A stretch of 64,000 bases of DNA from an uncultured Solirubrobacterales bacterium (GTDB lineage: Bacteria; Actinomycetota; Thermoleophilia; Solirubrobacterales; 70-9). Below the pieces are notes generated by a model. That model was not told the origin of the DNA. It did not search any database and was given only the letters and a program-made list of their open reading frames with translations. Below are positions 1 through 9,872 of the stretch, piece by piece; position 1 is the stretch's first letter; every line of letters begins with the position of its first letter. The translations under genes were made by a program, and so were the position numbers. The stretch lies in NCBI GenBank assembly GCA_963797835.1, contig CAWCRN010000026.1, forward strand, positions 208,310 through 272,309, given 5' to 3'.

Positions 1-41
1 TGTTACCCCGTTTGGGGTAGTTGTGAGCGAAACATTGCAAG

Positions 42-57
42 TGTGATCGCTGTCACA
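42..57. promoter_or_regulatory. CRP/FNR-family operator-like palindrome TGTGA-N6-TCACA
   Basis: Exact TGTGAtcgctgTCACA. The arms extend to 6+6 bp (41-58). It lies about 210 nt upstream of the Rpf-like CDS. Confidence 0.5.
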
Positions 58-269
58 CATATTCGCCTCACCGCCTGCCACCATGCTCCGCTCACTCCCC
101 CGCCAGGTGCCGCCGATCGGCACCCCGGCCTCGGACGAGGCTGAGCCGGCGGGGGTTTCGAGCGACCGGCCCAAGACGCCGGCGAGACACCGGGACCGAG
201 CCGCCACGAGCGTGCCCGCGCCCCCGGCGCCGCCGTGCCTGGCCGCCGAGCCGGAGGTTCACGAAAGCC

Positions 270-764
270 ATGTCCCACCGAACCAAGCTGCTCTCGACCG
301 CCGCCGCCACGCTGCTGGCCGGCGCCTTCACCGCCGGGGCCACCGGCGCCCTCGCCGACGACGGCAAGCCATCCCGCGCGGGGAAGGCCGAGCTGAAGGT
401 GCTCGAGCGCCCGGCCGAGCGCCTCGAGCGGTCGATCGACGTCCACGAGGAGATCCGGGCCAAGATCGAGCGCCGCAGGCAGGCGCGCCGCGAGGCTCGG
501 GAGCCCGACTTCAAGCCCCCCGAGAGCTTCGGCGTGTCGTCCTCGACCCTCGAGGCGATCGCCGGCTGCGAGTCCGGCGGCGACCCGGCAGCCGTCTCCG
601 CCGACGGCACCTACCGCGGCAAGTACCAGTTCGACTCCGGGACCTGGGCCTCGATGGGCGGCAGCGGCGACCCCGCCGCCGCGCCCGAGGCCGAGCAGGA
701 CATGCGCGCGGCGATGCTGTACTCCCAGTCCGGCTCGAGCCCCTGGCCCATCTGCGGCGCCTAA
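270..764 (+). CDS. secreted Rpf/transglycosylase-like muralytic protein
   Basis: 164 aa. N-terminal signal peptide (LLSTAAATLLAGAFTAGATGALA). C-terminal GCESGG...YRGKYQFDSGTW...PWPICG motifs match the Rpf-type transglycosylase-like domain. Confidence 0.8.
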   Translation: MSHRTKLLSTAAATLLAGAFTAGATGALADDGKPSRAGKAELKVLERPAERLERSIDVHEEIRAKIERRRQARREAREPDFKPPESFGVSSSTLEAIAGCESGGDPAAVSADGTYRGKYQFDSGTWASMGGSGDPAAAPEAEQDMRAAMLYSQSGSSPWPICGA

Positions 765-798
765 CCCAGCGCGTCTCTACGGCGGCGTAGGGCGTCGC

Positions 799-1515
799 CT
801 AGTCGCCGTCGGCGCTGTCGCCGAGCAGGGCCCGGCGGAAGACCTTCTTCTCCTCGTCGAACAGGAACCCCCAGAGGTGCCGGCGCTCGAGCAGCGTCCT
901 CCGCTTGGTCTCGATCACCGCGTCCCGCGGGAGGGCGGCCACCCGCTCCGCCAGCTCGAGCCCCCGGCGGACGACGTCACCCTCGGTGACCTCGCGCACG
1001 ATCGCGAGCTTCTTGGCCTCGGGCGCCGTGACCGTCCTGCCCGTCAGGCAGAGCTCCTGTGCGACGGTGGCGGGGAGCACGGCGCGGGCTGCCGCGTAGC
1101 TGGGCGGGATCCCCTGCGGCAGCTCGGGGTATCCGAAGACCGCCTGCTTCGAGGCGATCCGCAGGTCGCAGAGGAGCGCGAGGGCGAAGCCGCCCGCGAG
1201 GGCCGGGCCGTTGACCGCCGCCACCACCGGCCGCGAGCACTGGCCCACCGCATCGAAGGCCAGGGTGCTGGTCTCGACGAGCCGCTTGCGGTGCGCCATG
1301 TCACCGCCGAACTGGCTCGTGTCCATGCCCGAGCAGAACGCCGAGCCCTCTCCGGTCAGCACCACGCACCCGATCTTCTCGTCGGACGAGAGCCCGGCGA
1401 AGGCCTCGGCCAGCTCCGCCCGCAGCTCGATCGAGAGCGCGTTGCGCTTCTCGGGGCGCCGCAGGGTCACCAGGGCGACCTGTCCATCCCGATCGGTCGA
1501 GACCGTGCCTGCCAC
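799..1515 (-). CDS. enoyl-CoA hydratase/isomerase family protein
   Basis: Crotonase motifs VALVTLRRPEKRNAL and GEGSAFCSGMD. ORF 799-1755 was trimmed to the GTG at 1515 because the upstream 80 codons are Arg/Pro-rich and look non-coding. Confidence 0.85.
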   Translation of the reverse strand: MAGTVSTDRDGQVALVTLRRPEKRNALSIELRAELAEAFAGLSSDEKIGCVVLTGEGSAFCSGMDTSQFGGDMAHRKRLVETSTLAFDAVGQCSRPVVAAVNGPALAGGFALALLCDLRIASKQAVFGYPELPQGIPPSYAAARAVLPATVAQELCLTGRTVTAPEAKKLAIVREVTEGDVVRRGLELAERVAALPRDAVIETKRRTLLERRHLWGFLFDEEKKVFRRALLGDSADGD

Positions 1516-1826
1516 GGCGGCGATCGTAGATGGAGTCCGCGCGGGGCGCGTCAGGCAGCTCGGCGCTGGGCCGGCCCCTGACCGTTCGGCGGCGCACCGG
1601 CCCGCGCGATCCGGAGCTCGCCGGCGGCGTCGGCTTCCACCAGCGCGGGCTGGAACCTGCCGGATCTGCTCGGTCAGGCAATCGGGGCAGGAGCACTCAG
1701 GGCGGGTGAGCCCGGTGCGTGGGCAACTAGACATGACCGATCTCCCCGTCGGCATTTCGCAGGGCCGACACTAGAGCCGCCGCCGGGCGGAAAATCTCGC
1801 TCCGCCCGGCCTGCGAGACTCGTCCT

Positions 1827-2705
1827 GTGGCCGACCGCGAACTCGAGGCGGAGGAGCTGACCGGTGGCGCCGAGGCGCAGGTCGCCGCGGGCCCCGGCGA
1901 GCTCGGCCGCAAGCCCGCCGAGGCGATCTCGGGGGCGGCCGTACGGGCTCCCACCCGGGGCAACCGGCGGCTCGAGGCGCTGCTCGACGGGGTAAACGCC
2001 GACCCTGAGGTCCGGGCGTGGTGGCACATGGCCCAGGTCACGTCCGAGCGGCTCGGGATGTCGGACCACTCCTGGGTCCACGTCCAGATCGTCCTCAACA
2101 TCGCCCTGCGCCTCCTTCGCCTGCTCGTCAAGGCGGGGGTCGAGCCCGCACTCGTCTCCGACCACGGCATGCGCGATCGCGACTCGGAGGTGGTCGTTGC
2201 GGGCGGCGCACTCCTCCACGACGTCGGGATGTCGATCCACCGCGCCGACCACGAGGCGTTCAGCCTCTTCCTCGCCGAGCGCAAGCTGCGGGAGTTGCTC
2301 GACGAGGTCTACTCGGAGCCGGAGCGGACCGTCGTGGTCTCCGAGGCGCTGCACACGATCATCGGGCACCGCCGCCGCGGCGAGCCCTACACGGTCGAGG
2401 CGGGCGTGGTGCGCGTCGCAGACGCCCTCGACATGGCCCAGGGCCGCTCGCGGCTGCCGGTCGAAGCCGGCAGGATGGGGATCCACTCGATCTCCGCGGC
2501 CGCGGTGGACGAGGTGAACATCTCCGCCGGTGAGGAGAGGGCCGTGCGGATCGAGATCCTGATGAACAACTCCGCCGGGATCTTCCAGGTCGACGACCTG
2601 CTCGCGACGAAGCTGCGCGGGACCCCGCTGGAGCAGCACGTGGAGGTGGTCGCCTCGATCGAAGGCGAGACCGAGAAACGCCTGCTGACCGAGTTCCGGA
2701 TCTAG
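1827..2705 (+). CDS. HD-domain metal-dependent phosphohydrolase
   Basis: 292-aa ORF with a GTG start. HD region ALLHDVGMSIHRADHE, with a later VRVADALD. Confidence 0.7.
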   Translation: MADRELEAEELTGGAEAQVAAGPGELGRKPAEAISGAAVRAPTRGNRRLEALLDGVNADPEVRAWWHMAQVTSERLGMSDHSWVHVQIVLNIALRLLRLLVKAGVEPALVSDHGMRDRDSEVVVAGGALLHDVGMSIHRADHEAFSLFLAERKLRELLDEVYSEPERTVVVSEALHTIIGHRRRGEPYTVEAGVVRVADALDMAQGRSRLPVEAGRMGIHSISAAAVDEVNISAGEERAVRIEILMNNSAGIFQVDDLLATKLRGTPLEQHVEVVASIEGETEKRLLTEFRI

Positions 2706-3518
2706 ACGCCGGCTCCCTCGCCCCCGCGGCCCTCGCCGCCGGCGAAGCGCGCCGCACCAAGGACCCCGGTGATGACCGAGTCGCGGCCCAGGCGCGCCTC
2801 GAGGGCGAGCGCGTCGTCCAGCGACAGGCCGGCGCCCTCGATCGCCGCGCGCCGGTCCGAGAGCATCGTCGTCTGCGGGAACGCGGCGAGCCCCTCGGCG
2901 ATCTCCAGGGCCCGCTCGACGTGAGCCTCCTCGGCGACCACCTCGTTCACCAGCCCCCAGGAGTGCGCCTCGGAGGCTTCGATGATCCGCCCGGTCAGGA
3001 TCAGCTCCAGCGCGCGACCCATCCCGACGACGCGGGGGAGCCGCTGGGTGCCACCGTCGATCAGCGGCACTCCCCACCGGCGCTCGGGGTAACCAAGCCG
3101 CCCGCTCTCCGTCGCGATACGCAGGTCGCACCAGAGCGCCAACTCGAGCCCGCCGGCCAGACACCAGCCCGAGATCGCCGCGATCGTCGGCTTCGTCGCC
3201 GTCAGCCGGGTGAACCCCATCGGCCCGTCCGGCACGGCGTCGAGCCACTCGTCCACGGCCGCCGCGGGGTCGTCGCCCTCGAACTGGGCCCCGCGCTCGG
3301 CGACCGCCTTCAGATCGGCGCCGGCGCAGAACGCCTCGGGCCCGTCGCCCGTGACTATCAGGACGCGCGCCTCGTCGTCCGCCTCGAAGCTCCGGTAGCC
3401 GTCGAGGAGCTCGGCGGCGGTCGCCGTGTCCACGGCGTTTCGGCGCTCGCGGCGGGTGATGGTCAGGATCGCGGCGGCGCCGAGGCGCTCGTAGCTCGTG
3501 TTGGCCATGGCCGGGACT
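2702..3518 (-). CDS. enoyl-CoA hydratase/isomerase family protein
   Basis: ATG at 3518 (MANTSYERLG). Motifs ILTITRRERRNAV, GDGPEAFCAGADL and GGLELALWCD. The rest of the 463-aa ORF looks non-coding. Confidence 0.85.
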
Positions 3519-3625
3519 CTAGGGCGGCCATCCGCCCAACCTCGATAATGAGGTGATGCTCCATGGCGGGAGAGCCTCACTGTGCGCCCTGATCGCGGCG
3601 CTCGCGGCCGTGCGCGCTTCCCGCG

Positions 3626-4843
3626 GTGGCCGCTGCCGAGCGGCCCGCCAGCCACGCCCTCGGCCTCTGGACGCCGACCGCGTTCGACACCTGCCCCGCG
3701 GCGCTGCACGACAGCTACTCGGTCGTCGGGCCCGACGGCAAGCGCTACCCCACGTGGCATCCACCCCGGGTGATCGACCCGGCCACCGGCGAGCGCTGCA
3801 GCTTCGGTCACGAACATGGGCGCAACCCGGCGCGCTCGGATCTGCGCGAGTGGATCGCGCGCCACCTGGCCGGAGCAGGAAGGCGCCAGGCCGGGATCCC
3901 CTTCGGGATCGCCAACGAGGCACTCGACGCCTACGCCGCCGCAAACCCGGGCACCCCAGCGCGCCACGAGGACCACGTCGGGCACAAGATCGAGTGGCAG
4001 AACGACGTCGAGCTCGAGCGCTCCAGCGGGGGCGGCCAGACGCACATCGGCGTGACCTGCGACCTGCTGACCAAGCTCCACCAGGGGTCGCACTCAACCG
4101 ACGCCCTCGGCAACAACGTCCACGAGCTGCTCTACGCCGTCCGCTGCGACGACGGCACCCGCCTGCTTGCTACCAAGCTCGTCACCTTCGGGGAGCCCAA
4201 TGAGTTCGTGCGCGCCTGCGACAAGGAGACGGTGGTGGGGGCGGGGACCTCCCACGCCTACCCGGCGGGCACCGGGGTGCGGTTCATCCCGGACCGCGCC
4301 TGCATCGAGAACCACGTCCTCGTCGGCAGCGGGCAGTACTCGCAGTTCTCCCGCGGGCTCTACGAGGACTGGCTCTCGGCGAACTACCTGCGCACCGCCG
4401 AGGGCGAGGAGATCGCCTACTTCGACCCCCATTTCGCGGTCTTCAACCCCAGTCGCTACGGCTACGAGGGCGGCGCGATCGGCCGCGTGATCGACGTCTG
4501 CTGGGAGGAGACACCCGGCGGCGATGCGGCGCGCGGGGGCGCCTGCGGCGACGCCACCGGGCAGGGCACGATCGAGACGCCGCTGCCGTTCGACTCGCCC
4601 GCCTCGCCGTTCAACGGCGCCCATCGCGAGGTCTACTTCAACCAGACCACGGTCCGGAACGAGGGCGGCCCCAAGCGCTGGTGGACCGATCCCTACGGCG
4701 GCAACGCCTCGACCCAGCCGTTCCCCGGGGCCGTGTGCCAACTCGTCTCGGCAACGGACAACTCGTCGCGGCCGACGCTCGAGTCGCAGGCCTTCGGCGC
4801 CGACCGCCCCTACGGCGGCCGCGGCGTCCACGCCCCGAACTAA
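3626..4843 (+). CDS. hypothetical Cys/His-rich protein, probably exported
   Basis: 405-aa ORF with 9 Cys and motifs FGHEHGRNP and HEDHVGHKIEW. I recognise no family. A signal-peptide-like segment lies in the adjacent frame at 3553-3621. Confidence 0.6.
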   Translation: MAAAERPASHALGLWTPTAFDTCPAALHDSYSVVGPDGKRYPTWHPPRVIDPATGERCSFGHEHGRNPARSDLREWIARHLAGAGRRQAGIPFGIANEALDAYAAANPGTPARHEDHVGHKIEWQNDVELERSSGGGQTHIGVTCDLLTKLHQGSHSTDALGNNVHELLYAVRCDDGTRLLATKLVTFGEPNEFVRACDKETVVGAGTSHAYPAGTGVRFIPDRACIENHVLVGSGQYSQFSRGLYEDWLSANYLRTAEGEEIAYFDPHFAVFNPSRYGYEGGAIGRVIDVCWEETPGGDAARGGACGDATGQGTIETPLPFDSPASPFNGAHREVYFNQTTVRNEGGPKRWWTDPYGGNASTQPFPGAVCQLVSATDNSSRPTLESQAFGADRPYGGRGVHAPN

Positions 4844-4866
4844 TCCCGCCGGGATAGTTTTCATCG

Positions 4867-6648
4867 ATGATCGAGGGCCAGGTCGTGCTGATCGCGGGTG
4901 CGCTGATGGCGCTCGCGCTGGTGGCCTCGTTCGTCGCCTCCCGCATCCGCGTGCCCGGCCTCGTGCTCTTCCTCGCGCTCGGGATGCTCGTCGGCTCCGA
5001 CGGATTCGGCTGGATCGACTTCTCGGATTACGTGCTGGCCCGCGACGTGGGCGTCCTGGCCATCGCTTTGATCATCTTCGAGGGGGGACTGGCCGCCGGC
5101 TTCTCGGAGATCCGCCCGGTCCTCCGCCCGGCGGTTGCGCTTGCGGTGCTCGGGACCATCGCGACCGCCGTGATCACCGGGCTCGCGGCGGCCTGGTTGT
5201 TGGACCTGTCGACCCTCGAGGGCATGCTCCTGGGCTCGATCGTGGCCTCCACCGACGCCGCCGCGATCTTCGCGGTGTTGCGCGGCTCGACCCTGCGGCG
5301 GCGGCTCGCCCGGACCCTGGAGGGGGAGGCGGGCTTCAACGACCCGGTGGCGGCGCTGCTCGTGATCGGATTCATCGACTGGATCCAGCAGCCGGACTAC
5401 GGCGTCCTCGACATGGCCGGGCTCCTGGTGGTGGAGCTGGCGATCGGCCTCGCGGCCGGCCTCGCCGTGGGCAAGGCCGCGGTGTGGGCGCTCCGCCGGG
5501 TTCAGCTCGCCTCGCCGGGGTTGTATCCGGTGGCTTCCATCACGGCGGCCGCGCTCGCGTTCGGGATCGCCGAGGTCGTGCACGGGTCCGGCTTCCTGGC
5601 CGTCTACCTCACCGGCCTCGTCCTCGGGTCGGCCCGGATCCCGGCGAAGCGCTCGATCGTGACGTTCCATGAGGGGCTCGCCTGGGTGGCGCAGCTGATC
5701 ACTTTCCTCACGCTCGGCCTGCTCGTGTTCCCCTCGGCCCTCGACGACGTCGCCCTGGAGGGCACGATCCTCGCCCTCGTCCTGATCTTCGTCGCCCGCC
5801 CCGTCGCCACCTACCTCGCGACCATCGGGTCCGGGTTCACCCTCGGCGAGCGAACGGCCCTCGGGTGGGCCGGCCTACGCGGCGCCATCCCGGTGGTGTT
5901 CGCGACGTTCCCCGTGATCGCCGGCGTGGGCGAGAGCACCGAGATCTTCAACATCGTCTTCTTCGCGGTCCTGCTCTCGACGCTGCTTCAGGGCACGACG
6001 TTCGAGTACGTCGCGCGCGCGCTGCGGGTCACCACGAGCCGCCCGGCGCTGCCGCGGCCGCTGACCGAGACCGGGACGATCCGGGCCCTCGGCGCCGAGG
6101 TGGTCGAATACCCGGTTGCGCCCGACGACGCGGCGGTCGGCGCACGTGTCCGCGACCTCGGGCTGCCCCGGGACGCCGTGGTCAACGTGATCGTTCGCAA
6201 CGACCGGGCGCTGCTGCCGCGGGGCTCCACCCGCCTCGAGGCCGGGGATCGTCTGCACATGGTCATCAGCCAGGATGTGGCCGGTGGGCTCGAGTCGCTG
6301 CTGGACCGCTGGCATCACGGGCCCGTGGGGCCGGCGCCGCGCGGACGGCCCCGGCTGCGCGGCGGGCTGCCCGTCTACACCGTCCGCCGCTGGGAGGATC
6401 GCGACGGCGATCCCGGCCATCCGCGCGCGATCGCCGGCGTGCCCGTCGTCGACCACCTGCGCTCGCGCCACGACGTTCCCGGCGCCCTGGTCGCGCTCGA
6501 CGACGGCCGCTACGGGGTCAGCGGCCCGCTCCTCGCGGTTGGCAGCGCAACGCAGCTCCAGGCGCACGCGCGAAAGCGCCTGGGGCTCGCCGAGACCGAC
6601 GCCGAGCGGGCGTGGTGGCAGGAGGTGATCGGGGCGCTGGCGGTTTAG
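4867..6648 (+). CDS. K+/H+ (cation/proton) antiporter, CPA1/NhaP2-type with C-terminal RCK_C domain
   Basis: 593 aa. Multi-TM N-terminal exchanger domain. Cytoplasmic TrkA-C-like segment (VVEYPVAPDDAAVGARVRDLGLPRDAVVNVIVRND). Confidence 0.85.
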   Translation: MIEGQVVLIAGALMALALVASFVASRIRVPGLVLFLALGMLVGSDGFGWIDFSDYVLARDVGVLAIALIIFEGGLAAGFSEIRPVLRPAVALAVLGTIATAVITGLAAAWLLDLSTLEGMLLGSIVASTDAAAIFAVLRGSTLRRRLARTLEGEAGFNDPVAALLVIGFIDWIQQPDYGVLDMAGLLVVELAIGLAAGLAVGKAAVWALRRVQLASPGLYPVASITAAALAFGIAEVVHGSGFLAVYLTGLVLGSARIPAKRSIVTFHEGLAWVAQLITFLTLGLLVFPSALDDVALEGTILALVLIFVARPVATYLATIGSGFTLGERTALGWAGLRGAIPVVFATFPVIAGVGESTEIFNIVFFAVLLSTLLQGTTFEYVARALRVTTSRPALPRPLTETGTIRALGAEVVEYPVAPDDAAVGARVRDLGLPRDAVVNVIVRNDRALLPRGSTRLEAGDRLHMVISQDVAGGLESLLDRWHHGPVGPAPRGRPRLRGGLPVYTVRRWEDRDGDPGHPRAIAGVPVVDHLRSRHDVPGALVALDDGRYGVSGPLLAVGSATQLQAHARKRLGLAETDAERAWWQEVIGALAV

Positions 6649-6800
6649 GGGGAGTCCGGAGGCCGGGCCATCGATTGGACCATTGAGGGTGCTATGACAC
6701 CCCGAATCGTCCAGTCGGCGTCGGGCAGCCCCAAACGCACTCCCTCAGTGATACGTCCCGCCGTCCCGCCCGACGGACGACCCCGTCCCGGCACTGGCCC

Positions 6801-8174
6801 TCAGGCCGGCGGGATGTTCTGGTTCGAGCGGAAGAGGTTGCCCGGGTCGTAGTCGGCCTTGACCTCCCGCAGCCGGTCCCACGTGGCGCCGGGGTAGGCC
6901 GCCCGTACGCGGTCGGGACCCACTTCGCCGAGGAAGTTGACGTACGCGCCGGCGTTGTCCTGGCGCAGCTCACCCCCGAACTCATCGACCCACGCCTGGC
7001 GGGCGGCCTTGTCCTCGGGGTCCTCGTAGAACGCGACGACGTTCGCCATGGTGCGGGCGCCGCGGTGCGCGTATGCCGTCGCGTCTGCTGGGACGCGGTC
7101 GATCGCGCCGCCGAGGGGCCGGAACTGTGCGACCTGCATCGGGGCGTCCGACGACTCGAGGCGCTCGAGCACGTGCTCGGCAAGGTCGCGGTCGATTTCA
7201 CCGGTGAACAGAGTGTGGATAGCCACGGTCGGGTGGTAGTCCTCCTGCTCCGGGGGGTAGATCTCCGGGTACGGAATCGGCGCGACCATGTCGGCGATGG
7301 GCTCAGCCAGCGAGCGCAGCGGAGCCAGCGTCGGCTCGGCGTCCTCGGGGGAGCCCGCGAAGCAGACCAACGCCATCACGACCAGCTCGCCGTGACGCTC
7401 CGCAGGCACGAACGGCATCGGCGGAGCGGGCATCACGTTGACGATCGCCGAGAACTCCTCCGGCGCCGCGTCCGCCTGCGCCAGGAACGAGCTCAGCACC
7501 TCGGGGGTGGCCGGAAGCATCAGCATCCCCCCGACGACCGTAGGGACCTCGTGCAGGCGGAACCGGAAGCGTGTGGCCACCCCGAAGTTGCCGCCGCCGC
7601 CCCGGATCGCCCAGAACAGATCCGGGTCGCTCTCCGCGTCGACCTCGAGCACCCGTCCGTCTGCCGTGACTACTTCGGCGGCGGTCAGGCCGTCGATCGT
7701 GAGCCCCTGCAGACGGCTGAGGTAGCCGACGCCGCCTCCGAGTGTGATGCCGCCGATCCCGACCGTGGCGGCGTCGCCGAAGCCGGTGGCCAAACCGTGC
7801 TCGCCGGCCGCGTCCGTGTACTCGCCGGCGGTGAGCCCGGTCTGCGCCCAGGCGGTCCGTTCCTCGGCATCGATCTCGATCCCACGCATCGCGCGCAGGT
7901 CGAGGACCACCCCGTCGTCCAGGACGCCGTGCCCCGCGCCGCTGTGGCCTCCGCTCCGAACGGCGAGCTCGAGCCCTTCGTCGCGGACGAACGAGACGAC
8001 CTGGGCGACCTCGGAGGAGGTCTCGGGCCTGACGATCGCGGCCGGCCACCGGTCGAACCCGCCCGGGAAGACGGCTCGCGCCTCGTCATAGGGGGCATCG
8101 CCTGGGCCGATCACCCGGCCGTCAAGGTCGCCGCGAAGCTTCGCGGCGACGGGCGTGTCAGTAGTGGTGGGCAT
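6801..8174 (-). CDS. FAD-binding oxidoreductase (PCMH/BBE-like)
   Basis: 457 aa. FAD_binding_4 motif RSGGHSGAGHG. C-terminal BBE-like ADYDPGNLFRSNQNI. Confidence 0.85.
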   Translation of the reverse strand: MPTTTDTPVAAKLRGDLDGRVIGPGDAPYDEARAVFPGGFDRWPAAIVRPETSSEVAQVVSFVRDEGLELAVRSGGHSGAGHGVLDDGVVLDLRAMRGIEIDAEERTAWAQTGLTAGEYTDAAGEHGLATGFGDAATVGIGGITLGGGVGYLSRLQGLTIDGLTAAEVVTADGRVLEVDAESDPDLFWAIRGGGGNFGVATRFRFRLHEVPTVVGGMLMLPATPEVLSSFLAQADAAPEEFSAIVNVMPAPPMPFVPAERHGELVVMALVCFAGSPEDAEPTLAPLRSLAEPIADMVAPIPYPEIYPPEQEDYHPTVAIHTLFTGEIDRDLAEHVLERLESSDAPMQVAQFRPLGGAIDRVPADATAYAHRGARTMANVVAFYEDPEDKAARQAWVDEFGGELRQDNAGAYVNFLGEVGPDRVRAAYPGATWDRLREVKADYDPGNLFRSNQNIPPA

Positions 8175-8299
8175 CAGGGCACCTCGTCTCGTCGCTCACT
8201 TTGGGGACGGCTGAACAGGGTCCAACGTGACGAGCTACGCATCAATGGGGTTCTCCCCCCGACGTGGGGGCGGGTACCCGTACCAGGTGGGCAAGGCGC

Positions 8300-8554
8300 C
8301 TACGGCCTGTGCAACCGCTCGAGCTCCTCGCGCATCCGCTCCTTACGGCCCTCGAGCCGGCCCTGCCAGAGCGAGAGCACGATCACCAGGACCGTGAAGA
8401 AGATCATCACGCCGAAAGCGAAGAAGGTGACGACCTTGTCGTCGGTCCGGCCCCAGAGGCCGACGCCGTCGGCCGCCATCGCGCCGGGCGCAGCGACCAG
8501 GAGGGCGCCGAGCGCCAGGACCAGGGAGAGGTAGAGCGCGGGGGCTCGGTTCAC
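8300..8554 (-). CDS. small two-TM membrane protein (hypothetical)
   Basis: ORF 8300-8818 was trimmed to the GTG at 8554, because the longer form overlaps uppP. Two hydrophobic helices and a charged tail. Confidence 0.4.
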   Translation of the reverse strand: MNRAPALYLSLVLALGALLVAAPGAMAADGVGLWGRTDDKVVTFFAFGVMIFFTVLVIVLSLWQGRLEGRKERMREELERLHRP

Positions 8555-8600
8555 GGTTGAAACTCTACCGCCCGCCGCCGGCGCGGCGGCGTCGCGCCGA

Positions 8601-9419
8601 TCAGCTGATGGTGCCGGTGGCGGCCAGGGCGATGACCAGGATCCCGAGCGGTATCCGGTAGGCCACGAAGATGTCCAGGGTGTGGTTGGCGAGGTAGCGC
8701 AGCAGCCATGCGATCGCGGCGTAGCCCGACAGGAACGCCACGACCGTGGCGATGATGGTCGCCGCGACCGAGGCGTTGTCGCCCTCGCCGCCGATCTCGC
8801 GCAGCTCGAAGAGCCCACTGAGCACGACCGCCGGCACCGAGAGCAGGAACGAATAGCGAGCGGCCGCCGCGCGGTCGAACCCGCAGAAGAGTCCGGCCGA
8901 GATCGTCGAGCCCGACCGCGAGACGCCCGGGATCAGCGCCAGCGCCTGCGCGAACCCGATGAACAGGCCGTCGCGGCCGTTCAGCTCGGTCAGCTCACGG
9001 GTGTGACGGCCGACGTGCTCGGCCAGCAACATCACGAACGAGAACAGGATCAGGGCGGAGCCGATCAGGTAGAGGTCCCTCGCCCCGGACTCGATCTGGT
9101 CGCTGAACGCGAATCCGAAGATCGCGATCGGGATCGTGCCGAGGGCGATGAACCAGCCCAGCTTGGCCTCGTGGGAGCGCTGGCGCCACGGGACCCGAAG
9201 CTCGTGGAAGAAGGCGCGGGCGATCTGCACCAGGTCGCGGCGGAAGTAGAAGAGCACCGCCGCCATCGTCCCGAGCTGGATCACGGCGGTGAACGCTGCG
9301 CCCGGATCCTCCCAGCCCAGCAATGCGGGCACCACGCGTAGGTGGCCGCTCGACGAGATCGGCAGGAACTCGGTCAGCCCCTGGACGAGGCCGAGGACGA
9401 TGGCCTCGATGGCGCTCAC
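8601..9419 (-). CDS. uppP: undecaprenyl-diphosphate phosphatase
   Basis: 272 aa. BacA/UppP signature EFLPISSSGHL. Polytopic membrane profile. Confidence 0.9.
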   Translation of the reverse strand: MSAIEAIVLGLVQGLTEFLPISSSGHLRVVPALLGWEDPGAAFTAVIQLGTMAAVLFYFRRDLVQIARAFFHELRVPWRQRSHEAKLGWFIALGTIPIAIFGFAFSDQIESGARDLYLIGSALILFSFVMLLAEHVGRHTRELTELNGRDGLFIGFAQALALIPGVSRSGSTISAGLFCGFDRAAAARYSFLLSVPAVVLSGLFELREIGGEGDNASVAATIIATVVAFLSGYAAIAWLLRYLANHTLDIFVAYRIPLGILVIALAATGTIS

Positions 9420-9457
9420 GCCGGGATGAGGCTACCGCGAGGCGTGGCGCCGGGCTC

Positions 9458-9706
9458 TTAGAGCAGGGGCCCGTCGCCGGCGACCAGCAGCAGGCCCACC
9501 GCCACGCCCGCGAGCGCCGCCACCAGGCCGGCGGCGCCCACCGCCGCCCAGGCGCCCGCGGCCAGCTCGCGCCCCTCGTCGCGGAGCTCGGAGGCCCGGA
9601 TCAATCCCCGGACGCCGATCGCGAACGTGAGCGTCACGCCCAGCCCGGCGACAAGCGCTGCGGCCACGGATTCTCCGATCGGGGCCCAGTCCACTGTCGC
9701 AAGCAT
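9458..9706 (-). CDS. small membrane protein (hypothetical)
   Basis: Ala/Gly/Leu-rich TM segments. Start chosen at the internal ATG (MLATVDW). Weak support. Confidence 0.3.
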   Translation of the reverse strand: MLATVDWAPIGESVAAALVAGLGVTLTFAIGVRGLIRASELRDEGRELAAGAWAAVGAAGLVAALAGVAVGLLLVAGDGPLL

Positions 9707-9872
9707 CGTCTCGGTTGAGTGCCCGCCCGACGGGAGTGACCGGTCCCCGCCGCCGTGGGGACCGGTCATTCCCTTGAAGATGAGCGCGCGACCCGGGGCA
9801 GGGAGTGAGGTCGCGCGCCGCACGAGAGAGGATCTCGTGGGCCGGAACTCTCATTCACGCATGCCGCGGGGG

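Noticed and set aside
58-269. Possible ydaO-type (c-di-AMP) riboswitch in the long GC-rich leader of the Rpf-like gene, as known for actinobacterial rpfA.
   Set aside because: I could not find the conserved cores (GGGGACCCA, GGGGUGAAUC, CAGCUAACCUCGUA) by eye, only loose resemblances such as GAGCcggcGGGGG...CCCAAG. An Infernal cmsearch with RF00379 would be decisive. Without it the call is unsupported.
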